NCBI GenBank assembly: GCA_000165345.1
Contig: CM000435.1
Coordinates: 384,001 to 448,000 of the forward strand
Direction of reading: 5' to 3'
DNA length: 64,000 nt
Shown: positions 60,239 through 64,000 of the stretch, one piece after another
Position numbering within the stretch: the stretch's first letter is position 1
Layout of the letters: each line of letters starts with the position of its first letter
The notes under the pieces: model-generated
Database searches by the model: none
The model's input: only the letters and a program-made list of their open reading frames with translations
Told to the model about the DNA's origin: nothing
Position numbers and translations under genes: made by a program

Positions 60239-63200
60239 CTACTTATCATCTACTTTGAGCCACTCACTGAATAAAACTTTAAAAAAGTAGTCTGGCCAAA
60301 GCGAAATACTAAGCCCAGAAATTAGGGTAATCCAAAGAAGAACATTATTATATAAGGGAATCCAAATCGTATAGACGTCGCTTCCAATTGAAAACGAAGC
60401 AGCACAAACAAAAAGAGTGCAAATCCAACTGAATAAAGAAAATGCCACAGCAAATCCAAGTAAGTAGTGGATATGGTCAGCCATTAATAGAACTTTGATA
60501 TTTACAACTAATATTACCAAATAATAAATGGCTGCTCCTACTATTGACTGGTTTGAGCCAAACAAATTTGTGCTATTAACTCTAAAAAGTATGTATGGGA
60601 TTGTAAAAACAACAAAGATATGCCAAGCCGAGTTAAGTAGATAAATTAAACAAATCTTTGTATTCAAAAATTTGTTTTCAGGGCCAAAACTGTACAGATG
60701 TGGCTTAGATAAGGATTCTGACTTTGTGACATCAAAGTCAAATACTGAAACTACAACGATGGGAACTGAAGAAAGAATTACATTATAAACTTGGTACCAA
60801 TAGTCAAAATAGAGCCTAGTCCCACTCCAAAGAGTGAAGAATCCATAAATAAAAACAGGAATACCAACTGTTAAATTCTTGTAAAACATATATAAGGCCA
60901 ATTTACATATCCTTCTATATGCAAGCCTCCCATGAACTAAAAGCAGCACCTTTAGGTCCTTAAAAGATGTTATGCCATAATCTGCAGTTAAAAAGGCCTG
61001 GTTACCTTCTAGTCCTCTAATTCCTACTCCAACATTGGCTGTCTGAATCATATTGCAATCATTTGCTCCATCTCCCACTGCAAGAGTTATTTCATCCATA
61101 TGCTTCCTCACAATCCTGACAATGTTACCTTTTTGTGAAGGTGCAAATCTTGCAAAAACTACAGTACGGCACTTACAACACATCTGTACAAAAAGCTTTT
61201 CAATTGAACTTATACTGGAGGTGATATCCTCGAATCTTTTACATTCTGAAACAAAATCATTGTTTGCAAGTGACCCTGAGAAAATCTCTCCCAGAACAGC
61301 TCCATCAATAAGTATTGAAAAGTTAGTTTCTTTCTTTTCAGATTTTGAACCACTAGCTTTAACTTTCCTTAGGAATCTTTCACTTTTGTCTGACTCTAAG
61401 TCTATGCCTAATGATTTACAGATACTTAAAACCCTTTTCTTAATTTCAGATTTATTCGAACATGTACTTTCTGTGAGTTCTAAGATTTCATGTCCAGGAC
61501 TCAGTAATCCAGCTGAAGCGGCGATTTCCCTAGCAGTTTCAACCTTATCTCCAGTGAGCATCCAAATCTTGATTCCAGCATCTCTCAAACATTTGATCGT
61601 TTCTGGTACTTCATCCTGTAGTCTATCTTCGACTCCCGTTACCCCTTGAAGTAAAAGATCCTTTTCAATCATAGAAGCAGCTTCCTGTAGAGATGATTCC
61701 CTATTTTCAACATTGTTCACAGCTAGTTGATATTTTTGGTTCCAATCTGCAAACTCATCTTCCGAAATCTCCTTTTCAGTAATACAAAGGACTCTCAAAG
61801 CTTGATTAGCCATTTTATTTCCAATCTCCAGATCCTTCTGAAATTTCTCCATATTTGACTGTCTCAATAAAGGAATCATAGCAGAATCTGCTCCTTTTGA
61901 AAAGACCATAATCCTTTCTCGGTAAAGCTCAGACATAATGCGGAGGTCCTTCATATTATGTTCGGAATTTAGTCTTTTTATTCTCACTACTGTACTACTT
62001 CGTTTCCTATCACTGGTAAAAGGAATCTTTGCAAGTATTTCAACATCCAAAAGTTCTCCAAAAACATCCAATATCAAATGTTTAGTTTTTGGATTTAGGC
62101 ATATAAGGGAAACCCCCAAGTACTGCGCTCCATAACATAGAGCAGCCTCGTCTGGAAATTGAGCTGAATATAGGGGGAAATTTGATTTAGGTTTCTGTTT
62201 TGTGTTGGAACTGTTGTTTGATGCGGATTTGGAACTTTGACTTGAAATTGATTTGATACTTGTCATAAAATTTGATCCAAGCCTAGACTTAGGCTTATTA
62301 TCGGGATTCAAAGTAATATCTGAGTTTAATCCAGTTAGATAAGTACTTGGTGAGAAAGTCTCTGGAAGGATATCAGGTTCTATTCTTCCTGAGTTATATA
62401 ACATGCTAAACATCTCGCTTTGGTTTTCAATGACAATAGAATTGTTTACTGCAATACCAATCAAAAGGTTTCCAATTTTGATGCTCTGACTATTTCTGGA
62501 CTTGATATCCAAAAGTATATTCTCATCTTTGATATTCACCTGAGGAATTTCTATTTCCCTGATTAAATTATCCTCTTTTGAAGAGGAAGTTTCAGTTGAG
62601 CCATAATGAACTCCACCAACACTCAGTGATTTGAATTCCATAATATTCCTGGTAAGGGTCCCAGTCTTATCTGAAAAGATATATCTAACTTGTCCAAGAT
62701 CCTCATTTAAGTCTGAATTTCTAGCAACAGCATAAGTATTATTCACTGCATCATACATTGCTCTATCTCTAGAAATGAACTGACCTTGAATTGCCTTAAC
62801 AATCTTCATTGAGACTACTAGAGCAATTGGGATAATATTTGCAAGTAAAACGATCCAAGTACAGAATCTAACAACAGGGACAAAAGAAATTGGAATGGCC
62901 TGGCCAGTGGCTCTATATGATATCTCATTAACGTCAGAAACCCCAAGGTAATCAAGATGATCAAACACTCCGTCAAATATGTATTTATATGTTAGCAGGG
63001 AGCCTGTCATACAGAGACAAAATAGAATAACCAGGACTACCAAAACCATTTTGTTTGTGAATTTATCAACATTACTCATCTTCTTGGTAGGCTTTAGAGA
63101 GTTCATCTGGATCTTTGACTCATGTCCTGCATATACTATACAGCCAATAGCCCATTCTGTTGACCTAAGGATGCATCCCCTCAATACAATGTTGTCAAGA

Positions 63201-64000
63201 TTTATAGGGAATTGGGTAATTGTGTTTCCTTGGGTAACCAGGCCTTCAGAAATTGGAGGGAGTCTTATAATCGCAGTCCCATCAAAGTTATGTAAATCTT
63301 TCCCAGGAGGAGAGCATTCAATTAAACCTTCTAAATACCTCGCTCTCTTGATTACATCATGAATATTGTTCCCAAGCATCTTGGTTGATTCCTTGTGGGA
63401 AAACCTTCTTTTTAAGTTTGATTCTCCATCCAAGGAAGAAGTATCTATAAAAACATCCCCATTCTCTGATGAGGTTGAAAGGAGAACAATATCAGCAGGA
63501 ATAGTCTCGTGGTTCCGTAATAAAACAATATCCCCGACTTTAAGCTCACTAGAACTCGACCTTTCTGATCCCTCAATTCCTAAAAACCAAGAATGGCTTG
63601 TATTTGATTGCTTATCATTTTCACTCTTAAAAGATATCACGTGCTTGAGAGAAGGATTCTTGTTCTTGGGTTTTTCTGCTTCCTCCAAGTCGCAAGCCAA
63701 AGTCCTTCCATGAATATAATTAATAAATGGAAATCTCTTAATAACAATAACCTCTCTTTCATTTTCAATTCGGTCATTTTGGTGTCTGTTAAGATCCTCC
63801 CACCCATCTTTTACAGCGCCAACAAACAAAACAAAAACCAAAGGAAGTGCTAGTGTAGGTATTCCATTCGTTGACGAAATGGAGGGAAATATCTGAAGCA
63901 ATGAGATTACCAAAAAATAAAAGTTCACAGGTCTACAAAACTGCTCAAAAAGATACTTTGGAATAAAGTTCAGTACTGTGTATCTTGAAGTCCTAATAAA
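60239..64000 (-). CDS. P4-type ATPase (aminophospholipid flippase), truncated at its 5' end by the window edge.
   Basis: P-type motif DKTGTLT appears as IFSDKTGTLTRN. Also TGDKVETA and GDGANDCNMIQTA. The track M at 63928 (MNFYFLVISLL) aligns to the first TM of P4-ATPases. The frame stays open from there to the window end (FIRTSRYTVLNFIPKYLFEQF), so the true N-terminus lies beyond 64000. Confidence 0.85.
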   Translation of the reverse strand, partial: FIRTSRYTVLNFIPKYLFEQFCRPVNFYFLVISLLQIFPSISSTNGIPTLALPLVFVLFVGAVKDGWEDLNRHQNDRIENEREVIVIKRFPFINYIHGRTLACDLEEAEKPKNKNPSLKHVISFKSENDKQSNTSHSWFLGIEGSERSSSSELKVGDIVLLRNHETIPADIVLLSTSSENGDVFIDTSSLDGESNLKRRFSHKESTKMLGNNIHDVIKRARYLEGLIECSPPGKDLHNFDGTAIIRLPPISEGLVTQGNTITQFPINLDNIVLRGCILRSTEWAIGCIVYAGHESKIQMNSLKPTKKMSNVDKFTNKMVLVVLVILFCLCMTGSLLTYKYIFDGVFDHLDYLGVSDVNEISYRATGQAIPISFVPVVRFCTWIVLLANIIPIALVVSMKIVKAIQGQFISRDRAMYDAVNNTYAVARNSDLNEDLGQVRYIFSDKTGTLTRNIMEFKSLSVGGVHYGSTETSSSKEDNLIREIEIPQVNIKDENILLDIKSRNSQSIKIGNLLIGIAVNNSIVIENQSEMFSMLYNSGRIEPDILPETFSPSTYLTGLNSDITLNPDNKPKSRLGSNFMTSIKSISSQSSKSASNNSSNTKQKPKSNFPLYSAQFPDEAALCYGAQYLGVSLICLNPKTKHLILDVFGELLDVEILAKIPFTSDRKRSSTVVRIKRLNSEHNMKDLRIMSELYRERIMVFSKGADSAMIPLLRQSNMEKFQKDLEIGNKMANQALRVLCITEKEISEDEFADWNQKYQLAVNNVENRESSLQEAASMIEKDLLLQGVTGVEDRLQDEVPETIKCLRDAGIKIWMLTGDKVETAREIAASAGLLSPGHEILELTESTCSNKSEIKKRVLSICKSLGIDLESDKSERFLRKVKASGSKSEKKETNFSILIDGAVLGEIFSGSLANNDFVSECKRFEDITSSISSIEKLFVQMCCKCRTVVFARFAPSQKGNIVRIVRKHMDEITLAVGDGANDCNMIQTANVGVGIRGLEGNQAFLTADYGITSFKDLKVLLLVHGRLAYRRICKLALYMFYKNLTVGIPVFIYGFFTLWSGTRLYFDYWYQVYNVILSSVPIVVVSVFDFDVTKSESLSKPHLYSFGPENKFLNTKICLIYLLNSAWHIFVVFTIPYILFRVNSTNLFGSNQSIVGAAIYYLVILVVNIKVLLMADHIHYLLGFAVAFSLFSWICTLFVCAASFSIGSDVYTIWIPLYNNVLLWITLISGLSISLWPDYFFKVLFSEWLKVDDK

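Noticed and set aside
61053-63853. Four + strand ORFs of 65-198 aa opposite the P4-ATPase.
   Set aside because: They are antisense to a conserved P-type ATPase ORF. They are S/L-rich artefacts of codon bias.
1-64000. Prokaryotic-style features: CRISPR arrays, operons, IS elements and integrons.
   Set aside because: The sequence is eukaryotic, with spliceosomal introns, histone H2B and Rab7. No direct-repeat or spacer arrays or transposase-like ORFs were seen.
1-64000. tRNA, rRNA or snRNA genes.
   Set aside because: A visual search for GGTTCGAATCC, GTTCGATTC or TTCGAGCC-type T-arm motifs, the U6 and U2 conserved cores, and rRNA-like GC-rich blocks found nothing convincing. A covariance-model scan would be needed to be certain.

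Overview
The window is about 64 kb of AT-rich (roughly 70% A+T) eukaryotic nuclear DNA read with the standard genetic code; TAA, TAG and TGA all terminate the long ORFs. I see no prokaryotic features: no CRISPR array, no operon-like gene runs, no rRNA genes, and I found no tRNA-like T-arm or acceptor-stem signatures. Gene density is high, about 31 protein-coding genes or one per 2 kb, on both strands with short intergenic spacers of 80-900 bp. Most large genes are intronless. Several small or medium genes carry 1-6 spliceosomal introns of about 55-390 bp that begin GTAAGT or GTGAGT and end in a pyrimidine tract plus AG. Nearly every 5' flank carries a GGCGCC-core E2F-like palindrome (TTTGGCGCCAAA or TTTCCCGC types) 45-270 bp upstream of the ATG. 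The flanks also repeatedly contain an extended TGCATGCAAA motif. Those two motif classes, the AT content, the intron-poor architecture, low-complexity S/N-rich proteins and a 1556-aa ricin/discoidin/LCCL modular secreted adhesin together suggest an apicomplexan of the Cryptosporidium type. That assignment is inference only. Runs of N at about 21672-21703 and 22864-22967 show this is a draft assembly, and they coincide with local frame problems. The gene content is mostly housekeeping. Translation and RNA-processing genes are AspRS, ThrRS, tRNase Z, an NSUN2/Trm4-like methyltransferase, NOB1, MRT4, a Nop15/NIFK-like protein, SRP54, exportin-7 and SLU7. The base-excision glycosylases are uracil-DNA glycosylase (UNG) and Nth. 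Recombination and chromatin are represented by DMC1, H2B and an ING-like PHD protein. Trafficking and membrane genes are Rab7, a DHHC palmitoyltransferase, an ERD2-like receptor, a P4-ATPase and an FKBP38-like tail-anchored immunophilin. The remaining genes are a putative SAXO/MAP6-like repeat protein and several hypothetical proteins. The supplied ORF track misses ORFs that run off the window edges and genes whose exons are under 60 codons, and it sometimes begins ORFs at GTG or TTG. I corrected those cases by hand. Hand-derived exon coordinates may be off by 1-2 nt, especially near homopolymer runs. I see no compelling evidence for a novel multi-gene system. The most interesting items are the pervasive promoter-motif grammar, the SAXO-like repeat protein, the intron-rich Nth and FKBP38-like genes inside an intron-poor locus, the convergent CDS overlap, and the draft-assembly frameshifts.
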